A stretch of 64,000 nt of DNA from Candidatus Faecousia excrementipullorum (GCA_018712825.1 DVGG01000056.1:4423-68422); one strand, 5' to 3'; shown: positions 35,965-46,644, counted from the stretch's first letter. Numbers and translations are program-made. The notes: generated from the letters alone by a model not told the origin.

Positions 35965-37281
35965 ATGAAAAGCAAATGGCTTATGCTTCTTGGCGTTCTG
36001 GCGTGCCTGCTTCTTTCCGGCTGCGCTATGAAAACGGTGGACGAGATGTACTGTCTGCCCAAGCGCTCCGAGGCTTATCAGGAATTGCAGAAGGTTCTGG
36101 ATACTGAGCTTCAGAATATGGAATACTGTGCACCGCTTTCCGGAATGAACCAGCAGCCGGTTCAGGCTGCGGATGTGGACGGAGACGGGGTGTCGGAATT
36201 TCTGGTATTCGCAAAAGCAGCCGGAGAACGGCCTTTGCGGATTCTGGTAATTGAGCGGGAGGATCAGACCTTTACCCTTACGGATACCCTGCAATTCAGC
36301 GGTACGGCCTTTGACCAGGTGGAGTATATCTCCATGGATGACAAAAGTGGCGTGGAGCTGGTGGTGGGAATCCAGCTGAGCGATCAGCTCCTGCGCTCCG
36401 TAGCCGCCTACACTTTTGCGGATGGTAAGGGAGAAAAGCTGCTGGATGCCAATTATACCAATTTTCTGACTGTGGATTTGGATCGGGACAACCAGGGCGA
36501 ACTGTTTGTCCTTTACCCCGGCCAGACGGAAGAAAGCCCCGGATTTGTTGCTCTGTATGAAGTGGAGAAGGGTGTGGTGGAGCGTTCTCTTGAAGTAAAG
36601 CTCTCTGCTCCTGTCAGCCGGCTTCAGCGGGTCATTACCGGTGAGCTTGCCGGCGGAGAAGCTGCCGTATTTGTAGCCAGTGCTTTGGAAGATACGGTAT
36701 TGGTCACGGATGTGTATGCTCTGCGCAGCGGTGCCCTGACCAATATCAGCCTGTCCAACGAATCCGGCACCAGTGTCAGCACCATACGCAATCACTTTGT
36801 GTATGCCCAGGATATTGATGAGGATGGTCAGCTGGAGCTGCCAGCCCTGATTCCCATGAAAGCCATGTCTGAGAGGAACACCCAAAGCGAGGATTTAATC
36901 CGCTGGTATTCTCTGTCTATCACCGGCGAAGAGGTGGATAAGCTGTACACATACCACAACTTTGTCAACGGCTGGTATCTGGTGCTGGACAGCACTTGGG
37001 CCCAGCAGGTGACGGTGACCCAGGACAGTACCGGCTACAGCTTTTATCTGTGGGATCTGGCAAAGGAAAATGCCATCCGGGTGCTGGAAGTGCAGATGCT
37101 CTATGACCAGGATGAGATTTCTCAGGCTATGGAAAGTGGCGCTATTTTGCTCTATCAGGGAGAGTCATCCGCCTATGTGGGCGTTCTGACTTCCGATGCA
37201 GCCCAGTTCGGACTGACCCAGGAGTGGCTCCGGGGCAGTTTTTACCTGATTTATGATGTCCATTTCCAGCCGGAGGCTTAA
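35965..37281 (+). CDS. Lipoprotein with FG-GAP/VCBS-like DxDxDG repeats, first gene of a two-component operon
   Basis: Lipobox LLLSGC. Repeated ADVDGDGVSEFLVF, VDLDRDNQGELFVL and QDIDEDGQLELPAL motifs. Confidence 0.75.
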   Translation: MKSKWLMLLGVLACLLLSGCAMKTVDEMYCLPKRSEAYQELQKVLDTELQNMEYCAPLSGMNQQPVQAADVDGDGVSEFLVFAKAAGERPLRILVIEREDQTFTLTDTLQFSGTAFDQVEYISMDDKSGVELVVGIQLSDQLLRSVAAYTFADGKGEKLLDANYTNFLTVDLDRDNQGELFVLYPGQTEESPGFVALYEVEKGVVERSLEVKLSAPVSRLQRVITGELAGGEAAVFVASALEDTVLVTDVYALRSGALTNISLSNESGTSVSTIRNHFVYAQDIDEDGQLELPALIPMKAMSERNTQSEDLIRWYSLSITGEEVDKLYTYHNFVNGWYLVLDSTWAQQVTVTQDSTGYSFYLWDLAKENAIRVLEVQMLYDQDEISQAMESGAILLYQGESSAYVGVLTSDAAQFGLTQEWLRGSFYLIYDVHFQPEA

Positions 37282-37293
37282 AAGGAGTATACT

Positions 37294-37980
37294 ATGCGAA
37301 AAGTTCTGATAATGGAAGATGAAGAGAATATCCGCAGTTTTGTGGTAATCAACTTGAAGCGAGCCGGCTACCAGGCGGTGGAGGCAGCTACAGGTCAGGA
37401 GGCGCTGGATAAGCTCCGGGAAAATCCGGATATCGGCGTAGCCATTTTGGATATCATGCTGCCGGACATTGACGGCTTTGAGGTTTGTCGGCGGATTCGT
37501 GCCACCAACAAGCAGATGGGCATTATTATGCTTACTGCCCGCACCCAGGAGATGGACAAGGTAACAGGCCTTATGACCGGTGCGGATGATTATGTGACAA
37601 AGCCCTTTTCCCCGGCGGAGCTGACCGCCCGGATTGACGCACTGTTCCGCAGAATCGGCGGTGACAACTCTGGGGACGATGAGTTACTGGTGCAGGGCCC
37701 CTTTGTGATGAACACCCGGAATCATACCCTGGAGAAGGCGGGCAGCCGAATCCGGTTGACCCAGGTGGAGTATTCCATCCTGAAGCTTTTCATGCAGAAC
37801 CCGGGAAGAGCTCTGTCCCGTGAGGATATTCTCTCCGGTGTGTGGGGCCGGGAATACGAAGGAGAGCTGAAAATTGTGGATGTGAACATCCGCAGACTTC
37901 GTATTAAAATTGAGGACGATACTGCCAATCCCACCTATATCACCACGGTCTGGGGCTTTGGCTATAAATGGGGAATTTGA
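37294..37980 (+). CDS. OmpR-family response regulator (possibly WalR-like)
   Basis: Receiver domain with DIMLPDIDG and KPF. Winged-helix C-terminus (VDVNIRRLRIKIEDD...ITTVWGFGYKW). Confidence 0.9.
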   Translation: MRKVLIMEDEENIRSFVVINLKRAGYQAVEAATGQEALDKLRENPDIGVAILDIMLPDIDGFEVCRRIRATNKQMGIIMLTARTQEMDKVTGLMTGADDYVTKPFSPAELTARIDALFRRIGGDNSGDDELLVQGPFVMNTRNHTLEKAGSRIRLTQVEYSILKLFMQNPGRALSREDILSGVWGREYEGELKIVDVNIRRLRIKIEDDTANPTYITTVWGFGYKWGI

Positions 37981-38001
37981 CCCTGAAAGGGGGAGCCAAT
38001 T

Positions 38002-39411
38002 GTGATTAAAGTGAAGGGCTTGCGCAGGCGTTGGCTCCTGAATGCTGTGGCCATGGTAAGTATCCTGGGGCTTATCTGCGTAATTTGTATCACACTGGCG
38101 GTGTCGGCGTACTACTATTCGGCCATGGAGTCGGATATGCGGTACCGGGCCAAGACCTCCACGGAGTTTTTCGGGGAGTATCTGAACCAGGGATACTATG
38201 ATTACTACAAATCCTGCGCAATCTACGCCCAGACATTTGATGAGAAAAATACCCTGGAGCTGCAATTCATTGATGCTGATGGGCAGCTGGTTGCTTCCTC
38301 CTACGGTCAGTTTTTGGGAGCATCTCCTACCACGTCGGACATATCCCAGGCTCTGGAAACGGGAAAGATTTCCAGCTTCGTGGGAAAGGATCCCAATACC
38401 GGGGAGGGTATCATGGCAGTCTCCAGTCCCATGCGTTACAGCAATGGACAGATTATCGGTGTTTTGCGCTATGTTACCGCAACCCGCCAGCTGGATATGC
38501 AGATACTGACCATCGGCTGCTTTGCTTTTGGCGCCCTGTTTGTGGTGATTCTGGCTATGGTCATTGGCAGCAATTACTATATGCATACCATTTTAGTGCC
38601 CCTGCGGGAAATCATTGAAAAAGCAAAGCGTATCACAAACGGCAGCTACGGCATCCAGATTCAGACCCGCTATGATGACGAGGTGGGAGAACTGGCAGAG
38701 ACCATCAATGAGATGTCCCTGAAAATCAGCGAAAACGAAAAGCTGCAAACAGACTTTATCTCCTCACTGTCCCACGAGCTGCGCACACCCCTCACGGCCA
38801 TTACCGGCTGGAGCGAAACCCTGCTCAGCGGGGACGATCTGGACGAAAATACCCAGCGGGGTGTGAAAATCATCCACCGGGAAGCGGTGCGCATGACGGA
38901 GATGGTGGTGGAGCTGCTGGACTTCACCCGTATGCAGGATGGGCGTATGACACTCAACATGGAGCTGGCAGATATCCGCAGTGAGTTTGAGGATACGGTC
39001 TATATGTACGGCAGCCGCCTGGCCCAGGACGGAATCACCCTGGAATATCTGGACAATGACCAGGATATTCCGGAGATTTCCTGTGACCCCAAGCGTCTGC
39101 GGCAGGTGTTCCTGAATATCTTGGATAACGCCGCAAAGCACGGGGGAGAGGGCAAGCGGATTCAAGCGGAAATTCTCTGGGAGGATGAGGAAGTCGTAGT
39201 GAATATCCGGGACTTCGGCCCCGGTATCCCGGAGGATGAGCTGCCCCTTGTGACCAAAAAATTCTATAAAGGAAGTTCCAAAGCCCGTGGTTCCGGTATC
39301 GGTCTGGCGGTATGCGATGAGATTGTGCAGCTTCACGGGGGAACATTGACCCTTTCCAATGCAGAGGGAGGGGGAACTCTGGTATCGGTCCGGATTCCCG
39401 CCAACCAGTAA
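38002..39411 (+). CDS. Sensor histidine kinase (possibly WalK-like)
   Basis: GTG start 7 nt after GGGGGAG. Two TM segments flank a ~130-aa extracytoplasmic loop. HAMP domain, H-box SHELRTPLTAITGWSETL, N box LDNAAKH, G box GSGIGLAV. Confidence 0.9.
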   Translation: MIKVKGLRRRWLLNAVAMVSILGLICVICITLAVSAYYYSAMESDMRYRAKTSTEFFGEYLNQGYYDYYKSCAIYAQTFDEKNTLELQFIDADGQLVASSYGQFLGASPTTSDISQALETGKISSFVGKDPNTGEGIMAVSSPMRYSNGQIIGVLRYVTATRQLDMQILTIGCFAFGALFVVILAMVIGSNYYMHTILVPLREIIEKAKRITNGSYGIQIQTRYDDEVGELAETINEMSLKISENEKLQTDFISSLSHELRTPLTAITGWSETLLSGDDLDENTQRGVKIIHREAVRMTEMVVELLDFTRMQDGRMTLNMELADIRSEFEDTVYMYGSRLAQDGITLEYLDNDQDIPEISCDPKRLRQVFLNILDNAAKHGGEGKRIQAEILWEDEEVVVNIRDFGPGIPEDELPLVTKKFYKGSSKARGSGIGLAVCDEIVQLHGGTLTLSNAEGGGTLVSVRIPANQ

Positions 39412-39423
39412 GGACGGTTTTAC

Positions 39424-40416
39424 ATGACAGAAAATAACCAGGAAAAATTCAAGACCTCCATCGGCGGACAGGCGCTGATTGAGGGAATTATGATGCGGGG
39501 TCCCCAAAAGGACGCGGTGGTGGTTCGTACCAACGGCGAACTGGACATCTCCGTAACCCAAAGAAAGGTCCGACCCAAAGGCTCCGTTCTCACCTGGCCC
39601 CTGATTCGGGGCGTGGTGAACTTCTTTGATGCCCAGGTGGTGGGGGTAAAAGCCCTGATGCACTCGGCAGATCTGGTGCCTGAAGAGGAGGAATCCCAGG
39701 AGCAGTCCCGTTTCGACAAATGGCTGGAGGAGAAGCTGGGCAATGAGAAATTCCAGAGCTTCGTTATTGGCTGCGCCGTGACATTGGGCATTTGTATGTC
39801 TATCGGCCTTTTCTTCCTGATTCCTATGGTAATCGGAGGCTTTTTGACCCGCTGGATTGACAGCAATCTGGTGTTGAATCTGGTGGAAGGTCTGATTCGG
39901 ATTCTGATTTTTGTGGGCTACATGGTGCTGGTGTCCCGGATGAAGGAAATGCGCCGGGTGTTTTCCTACCATGGAGCAGAACATAAAACCATTCGCTGCT
40001 ATGAGGCAGGACTCCCTCTGACGGTGGAAAATGTGCGCCGCCAGACCCGGCTTCACCCCCGGTGCGGCACCAGTTTTCTGCTGGTGATTATGGTGATTTC
40101 CATTCTTGTGTTCTCCATTGCCTCTTCGGCGTTGCTGAGCGTGGTGCCTCAGCTGGCAGCCATGCGGGGACAGTTCCTTTACAGCCTGATTATGGTGGTG
40201 TTCAAACTGCTGCTGCTTCCTCTGGTGGTGGCTCTCGGCTATGAAATGAACCGCTGGGCAGGACGGCATGACAATGCCTTTACCCGGGTGCTGACAGCTC
40301 CCGGAATGTGGTTTCAGAATTTTACAACCAATGAGCCGGATGACAGCATGATTGAAGTTGGCATTGCGGCGCTGGAAGCGGTGCTTCCGGAAAAGGAGGG
40401 CGACGATCGTTGGTAA
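39424..40416 (+). CDS. DUF1385-family membrane protein
   Basis: IGGQALIEGIMMRGP start and HGAEHKTI motif. Positioned directly upstream of prmC, as is common in Firmicutes. Confidence 0.82.
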   Translation: MTENNQEKFKTSIGGQALIEGIMMRGPQKDAVVVRTNGELDISVTQRKVRPKGSVLTWPLIRGVVNFFDAQVVGVKALMHSADLVPEEEESQEQSRFDKWLEEKLGNEKFQSFVIGCAVTLGICMSIGLFFLIPMVIGGFLTRWIDSNLVLNLVEGLIRILIFVGYMVLVSRMKEMRRVFSYHGAEHKTIRCYEAGLPLTVENVRRQTRLHPRCGTSFLLVIMVISILVFSIASSALLSVVPQLAAMRGQFLYSLIMVVFKLLLLPLVVALGYEMNRWAGRHDNAFTRVLTAPGMWFQNFTTNEPDDSMIEVGIAALEAVLPEKEGDDRW

Positions 40417-41285
40417 AAACCCTATCCCAGTTGTATTCGGAAGTGCGGAAGGCTCTGCTGACCCAGGAGGACCCCCAGACCGCCGGCATGTACGCCAGAA
40501 ATCTTGTTTGCCACGTAACCGGCGTTTCCCCGGAGAAGATTCTCTCCCACGGCGAGCATTATGTGGGGCAGGGGGAGTGTGATACCCTTCAGAAGGCGGT
40601 AGAGCGGATTTTGCAGGGGGAACCTCTGGCCTATGTGTTGGGGGAATGGGATTTTTATGGCATGACCCTCCATGTGGATTCCCATGTGCTGATTCCCAGA
40701 GATGATACCTGTGCTCTGGCCAATCTCGCCATTGGGCAGGCTTTGTTTCTGGGCAGCAGTCCCAGAATTCTGGATTTGTGCACCGGTTCCGGCTGCATCG
40801 GCCTTGCCATTGCCCAGCGGGTTCCCGATGCCAAGGTAACTCTGGCAGATTTATCCCGGGATGCTCTGGCGGTGGCCAAGCGCAATATTGTTGCCCACAA
40901 GCTCACATCCCATGTTTCCTGTGTTCAGGTGGATGCTCTGAAGCCTCCGGCCCCGTTTCTGGGGAAATTTGATATGATTGTTTCCAACCCTCCTTATGTG
41001 ACAACCAAGGAGATGGAAGAACTTCCCCACAGTGTAAAGGATTTTGAGCCTGCCATGGCGCTGCATGGCGGGGAAGATGGTTTGGATTTTTACCGGGCCA
41101 TCGCCAGGAATTTTACAGCGGCTTTGAAACCCGGCGGCTACCTGTGCTTTGAATTTGGCATGGGACAGGGAGATGCGGTGTGCCGGCTCCTGGAAGAAAA
41201 CGGATTTACCGTTTTGGAACGGGTAAAAGATTATAATGAAAGAGAACGGGCGGTCATGGCCCGGTATACCAGGGAGGAAGAATAA
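40410..41285 (+). CDS. prmC: Release-factor glutamine N5-methyltransferase
   Basis: TTG start 9 nt after AAAAGGAGGG. SAM motif [11 protein letters not shown] and catalytic NPPY (VSNPPYV). Confidence 0.9.
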   Translation: MVKTLSQLYSEVRKALLTQEDPQTAGMYARNLVCHVTGVSPEKILSHGEHYVGQGECDTLQKAVERILQGEPLAYVLGEWDFYGMTLHVDSHVLIPRDDTCALANLAIGQALFLGSSPRILDLCTGSGCIGLAIAQRVPDAKVTLADLSRDALAVAKRNIVAHKLTSHVSCVQVDALKPPAPFLGKFDMIVSNPPYVTTKEMEELPHSVKDFEPAMALHGGEDGLDFYRAIARNFTAALKPGGYLCFEFGMGQGDAVCRLLEENGFTVLERVKDYNERERAVMARYTREEE

Positions 41286-41286
41286 A

Positions 41287-42393
41287 ATGGCTACGAAAAA
41301 AACTGTCTATGAGGCACCTTCTCCGGCAGAGGACAAGAAGAAAGCACTCCAGACTGCACTGTCTCAGATTGAGAAGAACTTTGGCAAAGGCACGGTTATG
41401 CGTCTGGGTGACCGCCCGGAAATGAACGTGGATGCCATCCCCACCGGCTCTCTGGCACTGGATGCAGCCCTGGGCATTGGCGGCGTTCCCAAGGGACGGA
41501 TTATTGAGATTTACGGACCGGAATCCTCCGGTAAAACCACCCTAGCTCTGCACATTCTGGCAGAGGCCCAGAAGCGGGGCGGTGAGGTGGCATTCGTGGA
41601 TGCGGAGCACGCCCTGGATCCGGTTTATGCCGCCGCTCTGGGAGTGGATACGGACAATATGCTGGTGTCCCAGCCGGATACCGGCGAGCAGGCTTTGGAA
41701 ATCACCGACGCTCTGGTGCGCTCCGGCGCTGTGGATGCGGTAGTGGTGGACTCCGTTGCTGCTCTGGTGCCCAAGCAGGAAATCGAAGGGGAAATGGGCG
41801 ACACCTTTGTGGGCCTTCAGGCCCGGCTCATGTCCCAGGCCCTTCGTAAGCTGGCCGGCACCATTGCCAAGACCAACTGCGTGGTAATTTTCATTAACCA
41901 GCTGCGTATGAAAATCGGCGTGATGTACGGCAATCCCGAAACTACCACCGGCGGAAACGCCCTGAAGTTCTACGCCTCTGTCCGGCTGGATGTGCGCCGG
42001 GTGGAGTCCATCAAGGAAGGCGGCAATGTTATCGGCAACAAGACCCGGGTCAAGGTGGTAAAGAACAAGGTTGCGCCTCCTTTCCGGGAAGCCTATTTTG
42101 ACATTCTCTACGGTGAGGGCATCAGTAAGTGGAGCGAGCTGGTGGATTTGGCTGTGCAGCTGGAAATCATCCAGAAGAGCGGCAGCTGGTTCTCCATGGG
42201 TGACGAGCGGATTGGACAGGGCAAGGATAGCGTCAAGAACTTCCTGATGGCCAACCCTGAACTGGCCCAGCAGGTAGAGAATCAGGTGCGGGAGAATATG
42301 TGGAAGCTGATGGGCGGCGTTCAGAGAAATCCCGCCAAGGCTGCGGAGCGTCCCATCGCCGTAACCGCAGATGAGTTTGACGATGAGGGTTGA
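41287..42393 (+). CDS. recA: Recombinase A
   Basis: GPESSGKTT Walker [10 protein letters not shown], and L1/L2 loops. Unmistakable RecA sequence. Confidence 0.97.
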   Translation: MATKKTVYEAPSPAEDKKKALQTALSQIEKNFGKGTVMRLGDRPEMNVDAIPTGSLALDAALGIGGVPKGRIIEIYGPESSGKTTLALHILAEAQKRGGEVAFVDAEHALDPVYAAALGVDTDNMLVSQPDTGEQALEITDALVRSGAVDAVVVDSVAALVPKQEIEGEMGDTFVGLQARLMSQALRKLAGTIAKTNCVVIFINQLRMKIGVMYGNPETTTGGNALKFYASVRLDVRRVESIKEGGNVIGNKTRVKVVKNKVAPPFREAYFDILYGEGISKWSELVDLAVQLEIIQKSGSWFSMGDERIGQGKDSVKNFLMANPELAQQVENQVRENMWKLMGGVQRNPAKAAERPIAVTADEFDDEG

Positions 42394-43006
42394 TTCCCTT
42401 GCCAACAAGCCGGATATGGCCGGCAGATATCGGGTCTGTTTTTCTGACGGAACGATGCTTCGGCTGTACCGGCAGACGGTGCAGGATTACGGATTGTATC
42501 CGGGTCTGGAGCTGGAAGAGGAGACTTTCCAAAAGCTTCAGCAGGACGCAGGGCAGATGTCTGCCAAAATGCGGGCTGTGCGGATTGTGGCATCCTCCAA
42601 TATTTCCCAAAAGGGATTGGAGCGGCGCCTGGTGCAAAAAGGGGAGGACCCCCAGCAGGCCAAAAATGCGGTAAAGTGGATGTCGGATATGGATTTGCTG
42701 GATGACCGGAAAACGGCGGAGCAGATTGTCAGCAGCTGTATCCGGAAGGGCTATGGCCTCACAAGAGCCAAGCAGGCTTTGTATGAAAAACAAATTCCCC
42801 GGGAGTTCTGGCAGGAAGTGCTGGAGGATTACCCGGACCAGATGGAATATATTGTTTCCTTTTTAAGTACCCGGCTGAAGGGCAATCCCGATGGGCGGGA
42901 GATTCGCCGGGCTACAGATGCCCTGATTCGCAGAGGCCACAGCTATGGTGCCATTCGCAAAGGGCTGGGGCAGCTGGCAATAGATGATGATTTCCAGGAG
43001 GAATAG
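42371..43006 (+). CDS. recX: Regulatory protein RecX
   Basis: Follows and overlaps the recA end. Three-helix repeat pattern ([27 protein letters not shown]...). The start codon choice is uncertain. Confidence 0.78.
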   Translation: MSLTMRVDSLANKPDMAGRYRVCFSDGTMLRLYRQTVQDYGLYPGLELEEETFQKLQQDAGQMSAKMRAVRIVASSNISQKGLERRLVQKGEDPQQAKNAVKWMSDMDLLDDRKTAEQIVSSCIRKGYGLTRAKQALYEKQIPREFWQEVLEDYPDQMEYIVSFLSTRLKGNPDGREIRRATDALIRRGHSYGAIRKGLGQLAIDDDFQEE

Positions 43007-43007
43007 T

Positions 43008-44342
43008 ATGGCAAAAGTTGGATTTATCTCCCTGGGCTGTGCCAAAAATCAGGTGGACTGCGAGCGGATGATGTATCGGGTCCAGGAGGCAGGCTTTGAG
43101 GTGGAGCCGGATGTAGCCGGCTGTGATGTGGTGGTAATTAACACCTGCGGCTTTATCGATTCTGCCAAGGCGGAGGCAATCAACCATATCCTGCAAACCG
43201 CCCAGCTGAAAGAGCAGGGGCTGGTGGGAAAGATTCTGGTAACCGGCTGCCTCTCTCAGCGGTATCAGGAGGAAATCCTCCAGCAGATGCCGGAGGTGGA
43301 CGGAATTCTTGGCACGGGAAGCTATGACCGGATTGTCCCTGCCATTGAGCAGCTGCTGGAAAATCAGGTAGTGGAGGATTTTGCCTCCATTGACGCTCCC
43401 GAGGTGGAAACCGGCAGAATCCTTACAACGCCGGAGCATTATGCCTACCTGAAGATTGCAGAGGGCTGCGATAACCGCTGCGCCTATTGCATTATTCCTT
43501 ACCTGCGGGGCAAATTCCGCAGCCGTCAGATGGATGATATCCTTTACGAGGCCAGAATGCTGGCAGACAGCGGCGTAAAGGAGCTTCTGGTGGTGGCACA
43601 GGATACCAGCCGCTATGGCACGGATCTGCCGGGACATAAGCGACTGTTGCCGGAGCTGCTGACCCGTCTGTGTGAAATTGATGGAATCCACTGGATTCGG
43701 GTGCATTATACCTATCCCGATGAAATTGACGATGCCCTCATTGATGTGATGGCTACCCAGGACAAGATTGTCAAATACCTGGACATCCCCATCCAGCACT
43801 GCAACGATAAAATCCTGAAACTGATGAACCGCCGCAGCACCGGAGAGGAATTGCGTGAGCTGTTTGCCAAGCTCCGCAGCCGGATTCCCGGCCTGGTGAT
43901 TCGTACCAGCATCATTACCGGCCTTCCCGGAGAAGGGGAGGAGGAATTCTCTGAGCTGTGCGAATTTTTGAAGGAGCAGCGCCTGGAACGTGTGGGGGCT
44001 TTCCCCTTCTCTCCGGAGGAGGGAACCCCGGCCTACGATATGCCCCATGTGGATGAGGACGAGGCTCAGAAACGGGCCCAGATGGTGGAGGAAATCCAAT
44101 CCCGGATTATGGACGAGTGCAACATGGCCCTTATGGGAAAAACCCTGGAGGTGCTTGTTGACGGCTTCGACCCGGAGCAGGAGCAGTTCTACGGGCGTAC
44201 TTATGCCGATTCCCCGGAAATTGACGGCCGGGTCTGGATTGCTTCGGAAGAGGCTTTGGTGGAGGGCAGCTTCGTGAAGGTTTGTATTGATGCCCTGGTG
44301 GACGGAGATTTGTCCGGCTATATCGTGGAGGAAGAAGCATGA
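43008..44342 (+). CDS. rimO: Ribosomal protein S12 methylthiotransferase
   Basis: MAKVGFISLGCAKNQVD UPF0004 domain, radical-SAM CDNRCAYC, and a C-terminal TRAM domain. Confidence 0.92.
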   Translation: MAKVGFISLGCAKNQVDCERMMYRVQEAGFEVEPDVAGCDVVVINTCGFIDSAKAEAINHILQTAQLKEQGLVGKILVTGCLSQRYQEEILQQMPEVDGILGTGSYDRIVPAIEQLLENQVVEDFASIDAPEVETGRILTTPEHYAYLKIAEGCDNRCAYCIIPYLRGKFRSRQMDDILYEARMLADSGVKELLVVAQDTSRYGTDLPGHKRLLPELLTRLCEIDGIHWIRVHYTYPDEIDDALIDVMATQDKIVKYLDIPIQHCNDKILKLMNRRSTGEELRELFAKLRSRIPGLVIRTSIITGLPGEGEEEFSELCEFLKEQRLERVGAFPFSPEEGTPAYDMPHVDEDEAQKRAQMVEEIQSRIMDECNMALMGKTLEVLVDGFDPEQEQFYGRTYADSPEIDGRVWIASEEALVEGSFVKVCIDALVDGDLSGYIVEEEA

Positions 44343-44869
44343 CATTAGCCAGCAAAATCACATTGGTGCGGGTTGCTTTCATTCCCGCAATCATGGCCTG
44401 TATGTACGCAAGCGCCGGCGCATCCGGTGTGTGGATGTGGGCCAGCCTGGCTATCTTCATCATTGCCAGCATTACCGACTTTGTGGACGGCTATATTGCC
44501 CGGAAGTACCACCAGGTCAGCGACTTTGGAAAGTTTCTGGACCCTCTGGCGGATAAGCTTCTGGTCATTGCAGTGATGGTCATGTTCTGCCAGTGGGATG
44601 TATTCCCGGCCTGGGCTCTGATGATTGTACTGGCTCGGGAGTTTGCCGTGACCGGCCTGCGGCTTATTGCTGTGGGCAAGGGCGTGGTGATTGCAGCCGG
44701 CTGGAGCGGTAAGGTGAAAACCGCCAGTACCATGGTGGGTCTGTGTGTGCTTATGGCATTCCCCACGGATCCCATCGTTGCCTGGATTGTGGTAGCGGTT
44801 GTGGTGATTACCACGGTTTATTCCGGCATTGAGTATTTCGTTCAGAACTGGAAATGCCTGTGGCAATAA
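44339..44869 (+). CDS. pgsA: CDP-diacylglycerol--glycerol-3-phosphate 3-phosphatidyltransferase
   Basis: CDP-alcohol motif DFVDGYIARKYHQVSDFGKFLDPLADK. ATGA overlap with the rimO stop. Confidence 0.9.
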   Translation: MTLASKITLVRVAFIPAIMACMYASAGASGVWMWASLAIFIIASITDFVDGYIARKYHQVSDFGKFLDPLADKLLVIAVMVMFCQWDVFPAWALMIVLAREFAVTGLRLIAVGKGVVIAAGWSGKVKTASTMVGLCVLMAFPTDPIVAWIVVAVVVITTVYSGIEYFVQNWKCLWQ

Positions 44870-44874
44870 GAATT

Positions 44875-44910
44875 GCCCATACCAATGGAAATCATTGGTA
44901 TGGGCTTTTT
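44875..44910 (+). terminator. Intrinsic terminator after pgsA
   Basis: 13-bp stem GCCCATACCAATG / CATTGGTATGGGC followed by TTTTT. Confidence 0.85.
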
Positions 44911-44994
44911 CGTGGAAAAAATCTGGAAAATTCCATGGACTTGTGATATAATACCCTGGGTCAAGCCCAAAGAATATGTACTTACGAGGTAATT

Positions 44995-46143
44995 ATGAAC
45001 GATAAGGAAATCGGAGAAATCCGCCGCCGGGTCCGTCGGGACCGGAGCAATATGACTGCCATTTACGGCTGCTATGTAAACGGACAGGGGGAGATTGTAT
45101 CCCAGTTTACCCAGAGTGTGGGCATGATGTCTGAAAATGAAGGGGAGAAGTACTTTGGCCTCATGAAGCGGGCTCTCTCCGGCACCCTGGGAAAGAATCT
45201 CATTGACGTGACCTTCACCACGGCCCAGGTGGCAGACAGTCCGGAGCATAAGCTTCTCATGGAGCTGCGGAACACCCGGCTCCAGAATGATGAGATCAGA
45301 GAGGCTTTTTACCAGAAAATTATCGAGAGCATCAGCTTCCCGGAGGGATATGTGATTCTCCTTGGCTGCGACAGCTATGATGTGCCCTTCAAGGGGAAGG
45401 ATGACAGCATCCAGCTGGACAACTCCAATGAAACCTATACCTATCTTCTGTGCGCCATCTGCCCGGTGAAGCTCACAAAATCCACTCTGCGGTATATTCC
45501 GGAGGAAAAGAGGTTTCAGGACGGGGGTGCCAACAATGTGATGAATCCTCCGGAGCTGGGCTTCCTGTTCCCGGCCTTTGACAACCGGGCTACCAACATC
45601 TATAACGCCCTGTACTACACCAAGAGCAACAAGGAAAACCACCCGGAGCTTGCCCAGGCGCTGTTCAACACCCAGATTCCCATGCCCGCCGCCGAGCAGA
45701 AAAAGTCCTTTGAGGCGCTCCTGAGCAGCTCTCTGGAGCAGGAGTGCAGCATGGAGGTGGTGCAGACTGTCCACGAGCAGCTGCGCCAGTCCATGGACCT
45801 GCACAAGGAAAGCAAGGTGGAAGAGCCGCTGCTGATTTCCAAGGAGCAGGTGAAGGATATGCTGCAAGCCTGCGGTGTCTCCCAGGAGCATATTGCCAAG
45901 TTCAGCGTGGATTTTGATGAAACCTTCGGTTTTGAGGCGGAGCTGCATCCCAGGAACATCATTGACAGCAAGCATTTTGCGGTAAATACCCCGGACGTTT
46001 CCATTAAGGTCAACCCGGAAAGAGCGGATTTGCTGGAGACCAGAACCATCGGCGGCGTAAAATACATTCTGGTTTGCGCCGATGAAAATGTGGAAGTCAA
46101 CGGTGTAAATATTCAGTTCCAGGGCGAACCCCAGCCGGTTTGA
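44995..46143 (+). CDS. Conserved hypothetical protein (DUF4317-like)
   Basis: 382 aa with its own extended -10 promoter (TGaTATAAT) and GAGGT RBS. Motifs CGCYV-like (IYGCYVNG) and GFLFPAFDNR recall the Firmicute DUF4317 family. Assignment is from memory. Confidence 0.65.
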   Translation: MNDKEIGEIRRRVRRDRSNMTAIYGCYVNGQGEIVSQFTQSVGMMSENEGEKYFGLMKRALSGTLGKNLIDVTFTTAQVADSPEHKLLMELRNTRLQNDEIREAFYQKIIESISFPEGYVILLGCDSYDVPFKGKDDSIQLDNSNETYTYLLCAICPVKLTKSTLRYIPEEKRFQDGGANNVMNPPELGFLFPAFDNRATNIYNALYYTKSNKENHPELAQALFNTQIPMPAAEQKKSFEALLSSSLEQECSMEVVQTVHEQLRQSMDLHKESKVEEPLLISKEQVKDMLQACGVSQEHIAKFSVDFDETFGFEAELHPRNIIDSKHFAVNTPDVSIKVNPERADLLETRTIGGVKYILVCADENVEVNGVNIQFQGEPQPV

Positions 46144-46182
46144 CCTGATCTGGATTGACACAGAAAAAGAAGAGGTGGAATT

Positions 46183-46596
46183 ATGTCCGGAAAAGAACTG
46201 CTGCGTACCCTGAAATTTTTGCTTTTCTCCCTGTCTGCGGGAATCATCGAGCTGTCAGCTTTCACGCTGCTGACGGAGCTTACCCACTGGAGCTACTGGC
46301 CCAGCTATCTTATTGCCTTGATTCTCTCCGTGGTCTGGAACTTTACCCTCAATCGCCGCTTTACCTTCCAATCGGCGGGAAATGTTCCTGTTGCCATGGC
46401 CAAGGTGCTGGCTTTTTATTGTGTGTTTACGCCGGTTTCCACCATCCTGGGAAATTATCTGGCGGAGACTCTCCTGTGGAACGAGTATCTGGTAACAGGC
46501 CTCAATATGGTTGCCAATTTCGTGCTGGAATACCTGTATGACCGCTTTGTGGTGTTCGGGAAAACCCTAGATACTTACCAGAAAACTGCCAAGTAA
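46183..46596 (+). CDS. GtrA-family membrane protein
   Basis: 137 aa with 4 TM helices. FLLFSLSAGIIELSAF...WNFTLNRRFTF motif is typical of GtrA. Confidence 0.8.
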   Translation: MSGKELLRTLKFLLFSLSAGIIELSAFTLLTELTHWSYWPSYLIALILSVVWNFTLNRRFTFQSAGNVPVAMAKVLAFYCVFTPVSTILGNYLAETLLWNEYLVTGLNMVANFVLEYLYDRFVVFGKTLDTYQKTAK

Positions 46597-46621
46597 AAAG
46601 CCGCCGGGAAACCGGCGGTAC
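46596..46621. terminator. Hairpin with U-tract on the minus strand
   Basis: GCCGCCGG-gaaa-CCGGCGGT. The T-tract follows only on the reverse strand. Confidence 0.5.
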
Positions 46622-46644
46622 TGGAAAATGGAATATCAAAGTGG

